Positions 19,050 to 28,900 of a stretch of 64,000 nucleotides of DNA are shown here, one piece after another. The position numbers were made by a program, and so were the translations under genes. The DNA lies in sequence record DRR378314_1813; one strand, 5' to 3'. A model generated the notes under the pieces. It did no database searches. It was given only the letters and a program-made list of their open reading frames with translations, and was not told the origin of the DNA. How positions within the stretch are numbered: the first letter of the stretch is position 1; every line of letters begins with the position of its first letter.

Positions 19050-19131
19050 GATTGTAGGGGGTCGTTGCGTTATTGGCGCCGCAGACCGAATGGCAAATAG
19101 ACCGGAAGCAATGTCTTTATAAGGAATACCC

Positions 19132-19353
19132 ATGTCACTGATCCTTAAGCGAATCAAAAAGGTCAATGAGGTCAACCGTCAGAACATCGAAAAGACGTTG
19201 GCTGAATTCAACGAAAAAGCCAAGGCCGAGATGAATGGCACGCCTATGAGAGCCACTCGTCGTAACGGTTTCTACGTGTGGCGAGACGGAGAACTCAGAG
19301 AAATCTATCCGGCTGACTCGGGCAGTGCCTTGAATCGATCTGGCACCAAATAA
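19132..19353 (+). CDS. Small hypothetical protein
   Basis: 73 aa with AAGGA RBS. Confidence 0.55.
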   Translation: MSLILKRIKKVNEVNRQNIEKTLAEFNEKAKAEMNGTPMRATRRNGFYVWRDGELREIYPADSGSALNRSGTK

Positions 19354-19584
19354 CCCCGCCCCGCATTGCGGCGTTGCTCAATAAACGGCGCCGACCGTGA
19401 GACGCCTGGCAACCGGAATAAACCGTACACTCAAGGCCTAGAACAAGTGTCCGCATTCAGTGTTTCCTCCAACGATTGTCCAGAGATGGAAGCGTAACGG
19501 CGGGGTAGACCAATCCTTCCCGTGTTGGAATCCATAATAGAGATAGACAGCCTGGATGTTCTCCAGCAAAAAGGGACTGATTCC

Positions 19585-21156
19585 TCATCGTGCAAACGGT
19601 GGATAGTGATGCGACCAGGGCCGCTCTAGGATCGTCCATGAGTCTCTTCTGGGCTGGGATTCGAACCCACCGTCGTGGAATAGTGCACCTATCTCAAGAA
19701 TTCTGTCGCGTGAGACCTTGACGTTGAGTTCGTGACTGAGGTCAGATAACAATGCTCCAGCTCTAGGCTTGAGCGTCGTGGGCCAAGTGCCTCCGCATAT
19801 CCGTTGTCTTGTTGAGGACCGGGGCGGATTAAGCTCCGCGAGAGGGTCAACGTCCGGCCAAAGCCACTCCATCACTTGGTTTTCTGTAATGCGCCACAGA
19901 CATTGACTCGCTGTGAACTGGTTAGGGGAATAAATGTTCGCAGGATCCCATGTTGGTCGATAGGGGGGGGTAGCTGTAATGACACGATCCATCAAATGAA
20001 TTCCAGATTGGTAGAGTTCCGCGAACAGCAGCATGAGACTTCGCTCAAAATAGCGCTCCTCAAATTTGGCACCCGGTCGCCAATACGAATCATCTTGCCA
20101 ATATTTTTCACGCTGTCCCACGATGAGTAACCGATCTGAAGCGTCCGGCCATACGGTCCAATTCACGACGTTTGTCCACCAATACTCAATCGGTAGCGAA
20201 CATTGCCAGGGGCTGAAATATTTCTGCGTAACCGCATCCCACCATGCAGAGATCGCAAAGCAGAACGGACAGAGATAGTAGTCAGCGCTGGCGAGCGATT
20301 GGAAGGAATGGTGCCTGAAATCACCCAGCCTGAGTTGATGGCCTTTTTCATGATGGCAGTTACACCACACCAGGATGTCGTTGTAGCACTGTTCAATGAT
20401 CCGCTGGGCCTTTTCGGGAGGACGTCTAATCGGGTCTTCTCGTTTAAGGCGATCATACCAGGAGGCCTCGGACGGCGGACGTAGATTTAGAGGGCGTAAT
20501 GGGGATGTGAGGCTCTCTATGGAGAATTCAGGGAACACCACCCCCAACTTTTCGAGCTCGACTTGGGAGTGGCCGGATGTGGTGGCCAGTTGAAAAACTG
20601 GGAAAGCGGCACTGGATTTAGTAACGAGCCGGGGCCAAGCGTATCGTAGATTCGAGTCCCACAGATACGTAAAACAAAGGTCGAAGATTTCAACCTCATC
20701 TAAAAGGGCGTTTTCATCAAAGGCGTTGTCTTTAAGAAAGCACTGTACTCGCTCAATTGGTGCGATAAGCTCTGCGTGAAGCCTGGGATCTAACGGAAGG
20801 AAGTCCCATTCAGGCACGCCGCAACTCGGGCAGGAGCGTTCGCGTAATTTCGAACTTTGGGGCCACGGGTGGCCGCACCGCTCACAGAGATTTTGGAGGA
20901 GCGTGCCATGGGCTGGGCACCGATGAAGCCAGCAATAATCAAACAAAGTGTTGTGGTATAGGCATTTCGCGCATTCAGGGCAGTGTTTTCGGGGGGAATA
21001 GTCCCACAGGGCTTGGTTGTGGCCAAAGGTCTCGCGAAACACGGTAGAGAGCGCCACACCTGGGTTTGCGATCAGGCGCTGTCGAAATTCCGCGTAGAAA
21101 CTTTGAAAGGGTGATGCCATCCATTGCCCTGAGTTAAAGCGGCTGATTTTGTCCAT
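19585..21156 (-). CDS. tniQ: TniQ/TnsD-family target selector
   Basis: CPEC..CPAH..CERC..CPSC zinc motifs; downstream of the AAA ATPase; true start uncertain. Confidence 0.75.
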   Translation of the reverse strand: MDKISRFNSGQWMASPFQSFYAEFRQRLIANPGVALSTVFRETFGHNQALWDYSPRKHCPECAKCLYHNTLFDYCWLHRCPAHGTLLQNLCERCGHPWPQSSKLRERSCPSCGVPEWDFLPLDPRLHAELIAPIERVQCFLKDNAFDENALLDEVEIFDLCFTYLWDSNLRYAWPRLVTKSSAAFPVFQLATTSGHSQVELEKLGVVFPEFSIESLTSPLRPLNLRPPSEASWYDRLKREDPIRRPPEKAQRIIEQCYNDILVWCNCHHEKGHQLRLGDFRHHSFQSLASADYYLCPFCFAISAWWDAVTQKYFSPWQCSLPIEYWWTNVVNWTVWPDASDRLLIVGQREKYWQDDSYWRPGAKFEERYFERSLMLLFAELYQSGIHLMDRVITATPPYRPTWDPANIYSPNQFTASQCLWRITENQVMEWLWPDVDPLAELNPPRSSTRQRICGGTWPTTLKPRAGALLSDLSHELNVKVSRDRILEIGALFHDGGFESQPRRDSWTILERPWSHHYPPFAR

Positions 21157-21203
21157 GGGGCACTCTGATGCGCAATACTCGCGAAACAGCCACGGGCAGC
21201 GCC

Positions 21204-22178
21204 TTAATTGTCATTGCTTTGAATCCGTTGCCCAGCCAGTGTGACGTTGGATGACACCAGGCCTGAGATCCGGATGGCCTCCTCTACCATCTCCTCACTG
21301 AGATTCTCAATACCGTAACGAGGGAGAAAGTCGGCCAACAGTGGGTTGGTGGTGATGGTGAACGACTCCATCCCCCAGCCCGTCAACTTGTACCGTTTTT
21401 GGTAGTCGCGAAACACACGCCAGAACAGCGGAGCGGCGCTGGCCAACCGGAAGCCCGAGTCTTTTTCCTCCAACAAAATGCCTTGAACGATACTACAATT
21501 GGATTCGAACGGGTGCGGCAATGTGTCGTATTGGGCGAGGCAGTCACGAACCTCATTGAGCGACCTCAAACCATGGAAGGTCAAACGCTCGCGAAAGAAG
21601 CGTCCATCAATGTGGGCATAGGCGCTTGAGGTCATCGTCTCGTCCAGCCGAGCGGTTTCCTGATCATTGCCAACGAATACCGTCAACAGCAACCTCTTTT
21701 TCACACGCAATTTATTGTAGAGGTCAGCGAACGCGTCAAATTGATCCGGAGTTAGGCGCTGGCACTCGTCGACCAATAACACGATTTGTGCAACGCCACC
21801 GAGATCGGCCGCATCCATTAACCAGTGGGCAAAACTGATCGACAACTGATAGGAACTTTGCCATTGGCTCGTTTTGATGCCTGCATCTGCACACAATTGC
21901 CAGTTTAGGGACTTGACGCTGGGTTTATCGAGCCGCTCCACGGATGTGACAAACACCGGTACCGGGCGTTGACGTCGATCACGGAGCTGACGGCCAAGGG
22001 TTTCGAGGGCAGTGGTTTTGCCGACACGCGCCGGCCCGGTGACGATCGCCCCCACTTTGCCGGTCCAAAGCCATTGCGTTAGTTTTTGGAAAAATTCCGC
22101 CGCTGGCGCCGTTCCTAAGGTCGGGTTAAACGGGGAAAGTAACGGCAAGTCGTAATTTTGAAAGGGCTGCCTGTCCAT
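21204..22178 (-). CDS. tnsC: TnsC/TniB-like AAA+ ATPase
   Basis: GPARVGKT Walker A, LLVDECQ Walker B; context. Confidence 0.8.
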   Translation of the reverse strand: MDRQPFQNYDLPLLSPFNPTLGTAPAAEFFQKLTQWLWTGKVGAIVTGPARVGKTTALETLGRQLRDRRQRPVPVFVTSVERLDKPSVKSLNWQLCADAGIKTSQWQSSYQLSISFAHWLMDAADLGGVAQIVLLVDECQRLTPDQFDAFADLYNKLRVKKRLLLTVFVGNDQETARLDETMTSSAYAHIDGRFFRERLTFHGLRSLNEVRDCLAQYDTLPHPFESNCSIVQGILLEEKDSGFRLASAAPLFWRVFRDYQKRYKLTGWGMESFTITTNPLLADFLPRYGIENLSEEMVEEAIRISGLVSSNVTLAGQRIQSNDN

Positions 22179-24077
22179 CTATAGCCTCCTTGGGTCCGGG
22201 TAGGGTGTTGGGGACCAGCTGTATGAGGGTTGTCGTTTCGGTTGCGCAGACGGACTGTCCGCAACTTCAACGGTCATTGCAGCTTTGGCTTCTTCACCGG
22301 TCGCCAGCCACGATTGGCCATCGGGCGTGACTTCGAGATACAACGAGAGCAAATGAGCTGCGACACTGGGGGTGCGTTTTTGATCGAGTAGCGCCCGGAA
22401 ATAACCGGTGATGGGATCACTTTCAACATATCGAGAGACGCGTTTCTCTTTGAATAGCCAACTTCTCGTCGCATAGCTGTGCGCAAACCGACGCCAGGTC
22501 CGGGGCCCTTCAAGTGAACCGAGCGATCGTCCCTGCAGGGTTCGGGCGCTCAGGGTACGAATGTCACGGCGGTCAAACTCAACAACGATACGAGTGTCGT
22601 CGGGTGCCAGAGACAGCAGCCCATTGCCCGAATAACGGCAGTAACAAAAATGTACGTAAGGGTGTCGACGTTCCTTGGCCGAACGATGGACCGGCAAGGT
22701 CATTGAAGAGCGAAACGGTTGCCACCCAGCCTGTTGGCCGCCGCGTGGCCAGCGTATCCAGTGTTGCCTCAGGTGTTGATCGAACACCTCCATCGGACGT
22801 TGGCCCGCCAGGTTAGGCATGGCCGAGTGATTGTAGTTGGCGATCTGCAGGTAAAGTGCCTCGATGAGACTCTGAAAGCCCAGCGGCGGCACCTTCTTGG
22901 CGTTCTTTGCCGATTCTCGCCTTGCATCTTTCGGCTGAGTGCCCGTAGTTGAGTCGAAGCGGTGGCCCAGTTTCTGCTCGAGATAGTCAAAGACATGCTC
23001 CACCAGCCACCGGGTTTTGGGCTGGCCGGCCAAACCGAATGAGACCGTAGCGCCCATGGTGTTGCATAGAAACTGCTCGACCGTATTAGCATGGTGAATC
23101 CAAGCGTTGTCAAACTGCACAGTACCGAAGGTCATGGGCCAAGGGCGCTTCAGGTGCGCTGGAATCGCGGGGAGGACCAGATCGTCGAAGCCTGGGGTCT
23201 GGATGGTGGGAATTTCCCGAAGCGTCAGACATCGGTCAAAGAGAGCCAGAACATCGTCTTGGTTCGGGGCGGTCGTGGGGCGCAGTTCAAACCCTAGTAT
23301 GCCTTGGCTGGCCACATCGATGGCCAGCAATAGAGTGCATCGTTTCAAGCGCAGCTCAATCACTTCATCGTTGAATTGAATCGCGATGTTCGAATGCAGA
23401 TGCATCAGGTGTTCGTCGATCTGCACGGTGGCCAGGGCACGGTGCGCGGAGAGGGATGCCCCCATGCCGATAAATCGTTCTTTACGTGGCGTTGGCATCT
23501 GCAGCTCAAGTTGGCGGCGCCTAAAATACCGCCTCACGGATTCCGCCGCCCGGGAGTCACTGGTGAAGGGGTAACGAGTCATCGGCCAATGGGCTTCCCG
23601 CAGACACCGCAAAAAGATGTGGTGAAGCCGGCTGGCTGTCATGCGCTGGGACGTTGGGGTACGGCGGTGATCTTCCAGGATGGCAGTGTCCAACTTGGCT
23701 TTGAGAGAGGGTTGCTGTGCCAGCAGTGCGGTAAATGCACCGGTCGCGCCGGTGCTCTGGTCCAGTTGCGGTAGGTCCTGCTGCCTCTTCGGGGCGGACA
23801 GTCGGACGTGGGGAATCAGAGCGCGGGTTAATGGTGCGGGCTCGTTCAGGTCTCCACCCAGGCAACGCTTCATGAGTTGGCTGACATACCCGCGAGAGTA
23901 GCCCAATGCCTCGGATACGCGAATGCAGGATCCAGTCGCCAGCACCCGGGCTACGATGCGCTTGTTTCTCAGAAAGCCCTTGCGCCTCGCAGCCGGTAAC
24001 GAGCTCTCATCGATGATCGGCCACCGGTTCATATCCACCAAAGCGGGCTCCCGGATCAGCCGCTCCCGCCAACTCAT
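22179..24077 (-). CDS. tnsB: TnsB-like DDE transposase
   Basis: VQIDEH...QFDNA...LVEHVF DDE triad; YNHS..P motif. Confidence 0.8.
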   Translation of the reverse strand: MSWRERLIREPALVDMNRWPIIDESSLPAARRKGFLRNKRIVARVLATGSCIRVSEALGYSRGYVSQLMKRCLGGDLNEPAPLTRALIPHVRLSAPKRQQDLPQLDQSTGATGAFTALLAQQPSLKAKLDTAILEDHRRTPTSQRMTASRLHHIFLRCLREAHWPMTRYPFTSDSRAAESVRRYFRRRQLELQMPTPRKERFIGMGASLSAHRALATVQIDEHLMHLHSNIAIQFNDEVIELRLKRCTLLLAIDVASQGILGFELRPTTAPNQDDVLALFDRCLTLREIPTIQTPGFDDLVLPAIPAHLKRPWPMTFGTVQFDNAWIHHANTVEQFLCNTMGATVSFGLAGQPKTRWLVEHVFDYLEQKLGHRFDSTTGTQPKDARRESAKNAKKVPPLGFQSLIEALYLQIANYNHSAMPNLAGQRPMEVFDQHLRQHWIRWPRGGQQAGWQPFRSSMTLPVHRSAKERRHPYVHFCYCRYSGNGLLSLAPDDTRIVVEFDRRDIRTLSARTLQGRSLGSLEGPRTWRRFAHSYATRSWLFKEKRVSRYVESDPITGYFRALLDQKRTPSVAAHLLSLYLEVTPDGQSWLATGEEAKAAMTVEVADSPSAQPKRQPSYSWSPTPYPDPRRL

Positions 24078-24748
24078 GACCGTCGGACCTTGGTTGAGTA
24101 ATCCAGGGGAGCATCGTCCAGGTTAGCCGTCAATTCACCCGCATGAAGCAAACGGAGCAGGGCAATTTCCTGTTCCAAAGTGCCGTCCCGGTCTCCGGGG
24201 TCCACGATTTCGCCGAAGGGCAACGGGGATTCGACTTGAAACCGCTCCAGCAGTTGGGATTCGGCAGCCAAGGTGTCCAGGTCGCGATTCAGGTAAAGCG
24301 CACGCACAATCTCCAGCCAGTTTTGCGCTTCCACGATTCGAGCAATTACCGATTCGTTGCTGATGACCTGAAATTGCAGCCCCTGGCTCGAAAAGAACGC
24401 TTCCAGCGGCCCCCATAACGCCGGATCAAGCTCCCCTCCAGGCTTGAGTTCGACTACGTGTCGTTGATTGCCGTCCACCACATAAAAATCCGGCTTATAT
24501 CGACGTTTGCCGACCTGCAGGGCAAAGGGCTGGGGGACGTAAGCACTAACCGTGGGATTGCCTTCAAGGAGCCCTGCGTACAAGTGCTCCGCATGGGAGT
24601 GGAATTCACTGACGTGTGGGTGTTTGAGCATCCGTTGCACGCGCACATCGGCGGCAATACGAAACGACCGGTCGGCACGGTGCTGGACCGGCACCAGCGC
24701 ATCGATCCGGACCCGTGGGGCATTGGGGTGGGAAAGTGCTCGCGACAT
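24074..24748 (-). CDS. tnsA: TnsA-like endonuclease
   Basis: SHAE..YVPQP..YKPDF..VELK; GAGGAGG RBS; ATGA overlap with tnsB. Confidence 0.8.
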   Translation of the reverse strand: MSRALSHPNAPRVRIDALVPVQHRADRSFRIAADVRVQRMLKHPHVSEFHSHAEHLYAGLLEGNPTVSAYVPQPFALQVGKRRYKPDFYVVDGNQRHVVELKPGGELDPALWGPLEAFFSSQGLQFQVISNESVIARIVEAQNWLEIVRALYLNRDLDTLAAESQLLERFQVESPLPFGEIVDPGDRDGTLEQEIALLRLLHAGELTANLDDAPLDYSTKVRRS

Positions 24749-25013
24749 GGGGCCTCCTCGACAAACCGGTCGATAACTGGGGGCCATGGCGCACGTCTTC
24801 ATCGGTGCGGAGGGTGTCCTTCTTATTGTGATCAATTATTAATCAATTTGCGTACTCTGTCCAGAGTCGGTGGTTTGACGATTGTGGGTAGTTCGTCAAC
24901 CGGCCCCCGTTTCTTGCGGTTTTCCCGCTGGTTGCCATACTTAGGGGACCGGAAGAGGGCGCTTGGCCAGGCCTTTAATTCCACCCGATAATTGACAGAA
25001 CCCCGGAGGGGAA

Positions 25014-25754
25014 ATGTCAAAATCCATCACCAGCGCGCGATCATTTCCCCGCCCGTCTCGAAACAAGCGTTCGCTCGGGTTTCAGGAACGTCCCCTGGTG
25101 TCGTTCCCGATCACCGAAGTGACCATCGATTGGGACCGGCTCATCGACAAGCGGCCGTTGCTGATGGAGACCCTCGACACCATGCCCAAGTACCTGCTCA
25201 AGCCCGAGGTACTGACGCTGTTGGAGGCCGAGACCCACCCCATGCACCGGCTGATCCTGGATCTGATGTGGTGCACCGGCGCCCGGGTCTCCGAGGTGCT
25301 GGCGATCACGCCGGCGAGTTTCCACGACGACGGCTACGACTTCGGGGTGGTGCTCAAGACACTCAAGCAAGGGGCAGGGCGGCCGAGCAAACGCAGCCTG
25401 CAACGCTCGCCCAAACGCTTCATCCCGATCCTCGACCGGGACTTCCAGACCCGGATCCAGAGCTACCTGTGGCTGGGGAAGTTTCGGAAGGACGAGCGGA
25501 TCTTTCCGATCACGCGCCAGGCGGTCAGCGCCAACATCGATCGGCTGATCGACCAGGTGGGGGGAGAGCCGCCATTCAAGATCGGCTGCCATACCTTTCG
25601 GCACAGCTTTGCGGTGCATCTGCTGCTGCACGGGCGGCCGCTGAAGTTTGTGAGCCAGCTCCTCGGTCATCGGAGCGTGGAATCGACGGAGGTGTATACG
25701 AATGTGCTAACGTTCGATGGGGCGCATTTTTTGGAAGGCGTGGATTTTCACTGA
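25014..25754 (+). CDS. Tyrosine recombinase / resolvase-like
   Basis: GARVSE, TLKQ, HTFRH, LGH, VY; visibly GC-richer than its flanks. Confidence 0.9.
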   Translation: MSKSITSARSFPRPSRNKRSLGFQERPLVSFPITEVTIDWDRLIDKRPLLMETLDTMPKYLLKPEVLTLLEAETHPMHRLILDLMWCTGARVSEVLAITPASFHDDGYDFGVVLKTLKQGAGRPSKRSLQRSPKRFIPILDRDFQTRIQSYLWLGKFRKDERIFPITRQAVSANIDRLIDQVGGEPPFKIGCHTFRHSFAVHLLLHGRPLKFVSQLLGHRSVESTEVYTNVLTFDGAHFLEGVDFH

Positions 25755-25923
25755 TCCTCTGAGCAAAAAGGAAGTTCGCGAACAAAAATTGAGGTCGCTA
25801 AGTCAACCGTGGTAGTTGGACGCTCTCTACTGACTAAGCTTTTATATCACCGTTTTATAATGCTGCAGGCATTGGGCGGGCAAAACGTACAAAGCTTCGG
25901 ACGAAACCAAGTTGGGAGTAGGA

Positions 25924-28900
25924 ATGAGTCTCTTGAGAACAGAGATCGAAACGGCACTCGATGAGCTCATCTCCCAAGAGGAAGGGATGCGTTTTCAAGG
26001 GCTCGCGGTTGTCATCGGTAAGTTACGCTGTCCCGAACTCGTTGCCCGCCAGCGCAAGAAAGATTTGGGGCTTGATGCCTACGCTCGGGCAAGCCTAACG
26101 CGGGAAAATTTGGGCAAGGGGCTCGCCGCGTCAATCACTCCAACCCTGAAAAAGATTTCTCACGATGTAGTGACCGCCAAAGCGAACTTTCCTGATCTGA
26201 GAACGCTTTTCTTCGTGACACCCGCGAAAGTTGGCAACGCCGAGCGCAAAAGATGGGAAGATGAAATAGAGCAAGAGCACGGTGTCGAGCTGCATGTCAT
26301 CGAGCGCGAGGAAATTATCACTCTCATGCTGATGCCAGGGAACGCCTCGCTCCTAGCAAGCTTCCTCTATCTTAAACGCGATGCCGAATCACCTGCTGAA
26401 GATATTGTTGTCAGAGCAAAGCGAGCGGCTGACGTAGTCGCGCGAAATTGGTTTTTCAAGACAAAAAACCAGCCCCTTATTAACCTTTTGACGGTCCGCT
26501 TAGATCACAACGGAGCAGAATCTGACGACTTGCTGTCACTAGAACAAATCGACCAAGCGTTGTCCCAAAGCCGTCGCATTGTTCTCGACGGGCCTGCCGG
26601 CCGGGGCAAAACTACAACATTGATACAACTAGCGTTAAAGCAGCGATTCGCCGGAATACCCTTTATGATTGAGCTTCCGGCCTGGACATCCTCACGCCGG
26701 GAAATTCTTGAATATATTGCAGGCATGCCTGCGTTTCAGGCGGAAGGTCTCACCTCCGCCGACTTGGCGCAAGTACAGGCAATGGAGCCTTTCTTGTTCC
26801 TACTAAACGGGTGGAACGAGATCGCAGAGTCAAACTCTGCACAGGCTGTAGAGGCGCTTCAATCGCTCGAACGAGATTTTCCTAGCGCTGGCATCATAGT
26901 CGCAACGCGCAAACACCACTTCACGCCCCCTTTGCCTGGCGCAGTACAGTTGAGATTGCTTCGCCTCCGACATTCCGAGAGGGTCAGTTATTTAGAGGCT
27001 CGGCTTGGGGAAAACGGCATAGGCCTTCGTGCCCGTATCGAATCTGAACTCGCTCTCGACGATCTAACCCTCACGCCATTCGTGCTGTCAGAAGTAGCCT
27101 CACTCTTTGAAGCCGGCGCGGACATCCCATCCACAAAAATTGGCATTCTTTCTGAAGTTCTTCGACTGCAAGAACAACGAGACGAGCATAGAAGCGCTCT
27201 GCTCACTGCACCTATCTTCGGGCGCCAAACGGATTTCCTAAAGACTCTAGCAACGGAGATGACTCGCCGGGGAGCAGTGTATCTCGCTGAGGCAGAGGCC
27301 CGCTCTTTCACGGCCGACGTAACAAAAGAGCTGGTAGCCTCCGGACAGCTCTCCCCCGCTGGATCACCCGAGGTACTCTCGGGGCTGACAGCACACCATG
27401 TACTCGAACGAATTGATTATCCCAAAACAGCGTTTCAGTTTGAGCATCAACAGGTGCAAGAATATTACACTGCGCTGGATCTTTTCGAGCGACTTCTCGA
27501 TATTGGTGAGGATCAAGAAGCGATCGACCGTTTCAAGGAGCAATACGTCAACGACCCAGTGTGGAGCGAACCGGTTCGAATGATCGCCGAGATGTGTGCA
27601 GAGTCTACTGGGGACGAGGCTCTGCATGAAAGAATCCTCTGTGCCGGCGTGAAGCTTGTGGAGATGACGTTGACCGTCGATATCGTGTTCGCTGGAGAAC
27701 TTGCTAGACTCTGTGGCACGGTTGTCTGGAAGAAGGTTCGTGATTCAGTAGGAGAGCGACTCCGAAACGTTTACACATCTCAAGAGGAAACTTTTCAACT
27801 CATTGCCCTAGCAGCAATGCTCGGCACCGGCTCCGACGATTTCAGAGACATCATTGTCCCAGTTCTTTCAGGATCAGACCAACAATCTCGCCTTAAGACC
27901 TATCGGCTCTTCCCATCTATCCAAACCTCATCGCTTGGACCGAACTGGCGCGATGAAGTGCGAGGCTGGAGCGAGGAGGCTAGATCCGATTTTATTGCCG
28001 AATTGCTTCACCATCGCGTTGATGTCGAGATTGCTACCTTTTCTGCTGAAGATGAAAGTAGGGCAGTGAAGAGTGCGGCGGTTTCTGGCCTCCTATGGAC
28101 AGGATCGGAGGAAGTCCTGGTTCAAGTTCTCGAGTCCTTAGATACGGAAACCTTCAAGGAGTTCGCCTGCCAATATTCCCAAGAATTTCCAGAGGCGCTG
28201 AGGCCCAAGCAAATCCTTGCGATCCGTAATCGTCTAGATACGACCAAAGGTCCTTCTACTCGCCTTAGAACTGCTCTGAAGTTGATAGATTTAGGAGAAG
28301 GGGGGCTAGCTGACATTATAAAAGATGCCATGACCGCGCTCTCTGATAGTGAAATGAGGCAAGTTGGTTCACCGACTTTTAAACAGGCTCTCGAGCACAT
28401 TTGGCGAACCGATCCAGAGTGGGCAAGCGATTGGGTTGCTACCAGGATTGCTGAAGGCTCTCTGTGGGAGCCCAAGTACTGGTTGCCTTTTGCTACATCT
28501 GTCTCCGATGACTTAGTCGAAAATCTCCTGAAACGCCTTGAAACCGGGGATCTACGGAAAGAGCGCATTGACGGCCTCATTTTTGCAGTCTCCCAACTAT
28601 CAAACGAAAAGATATCGGCCCGTGTCTTTGCGAAACTGCGTGAACTGAGTGGAAGAGTAGACGAAGATCCCCACCAAAGGCACGAATTGGAGCCCCAGAT
28701 AATTTGGCAGCTGAAAGCTTTGTTTCGCAGTTTTCCAGGCGACATCGCCGCAGCTGGAATTCTCTCCTCTGCGTCCTGTGGAGATCCTCTGGACCTCAAG
28801 GTTGCATCTCAAGTTTTAAGCAGAATAGCCTCGGATATGGAGCCGCTGAACATCTCCGATGATGATCTAAGATTGCGGCTCCGCGATTATCTGAGAAGCA

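Larger units (their letters stand above)
19585..24748 (-). mobile_element. Tn7-like transposition module (ends not defined)
   Basis: Gene order tnsA-tnsB-tnsC-tniQ. Confidence 0.75.

Noticed and set aside
24847-24864. TTTGCGTACTCTGTCC as an inverted box marking a Tn7 right end
   Set aside because: Single weak match, no array, no terminal ACA.
24992-25762. 256-aa alternative-frame ORF and other long shadow ORFs (e.g. 54101-54898, 61840-62721, 63310-63798)
   Set aside because: They overlap well-supported genes in GC-rich DNA and show no motifs.
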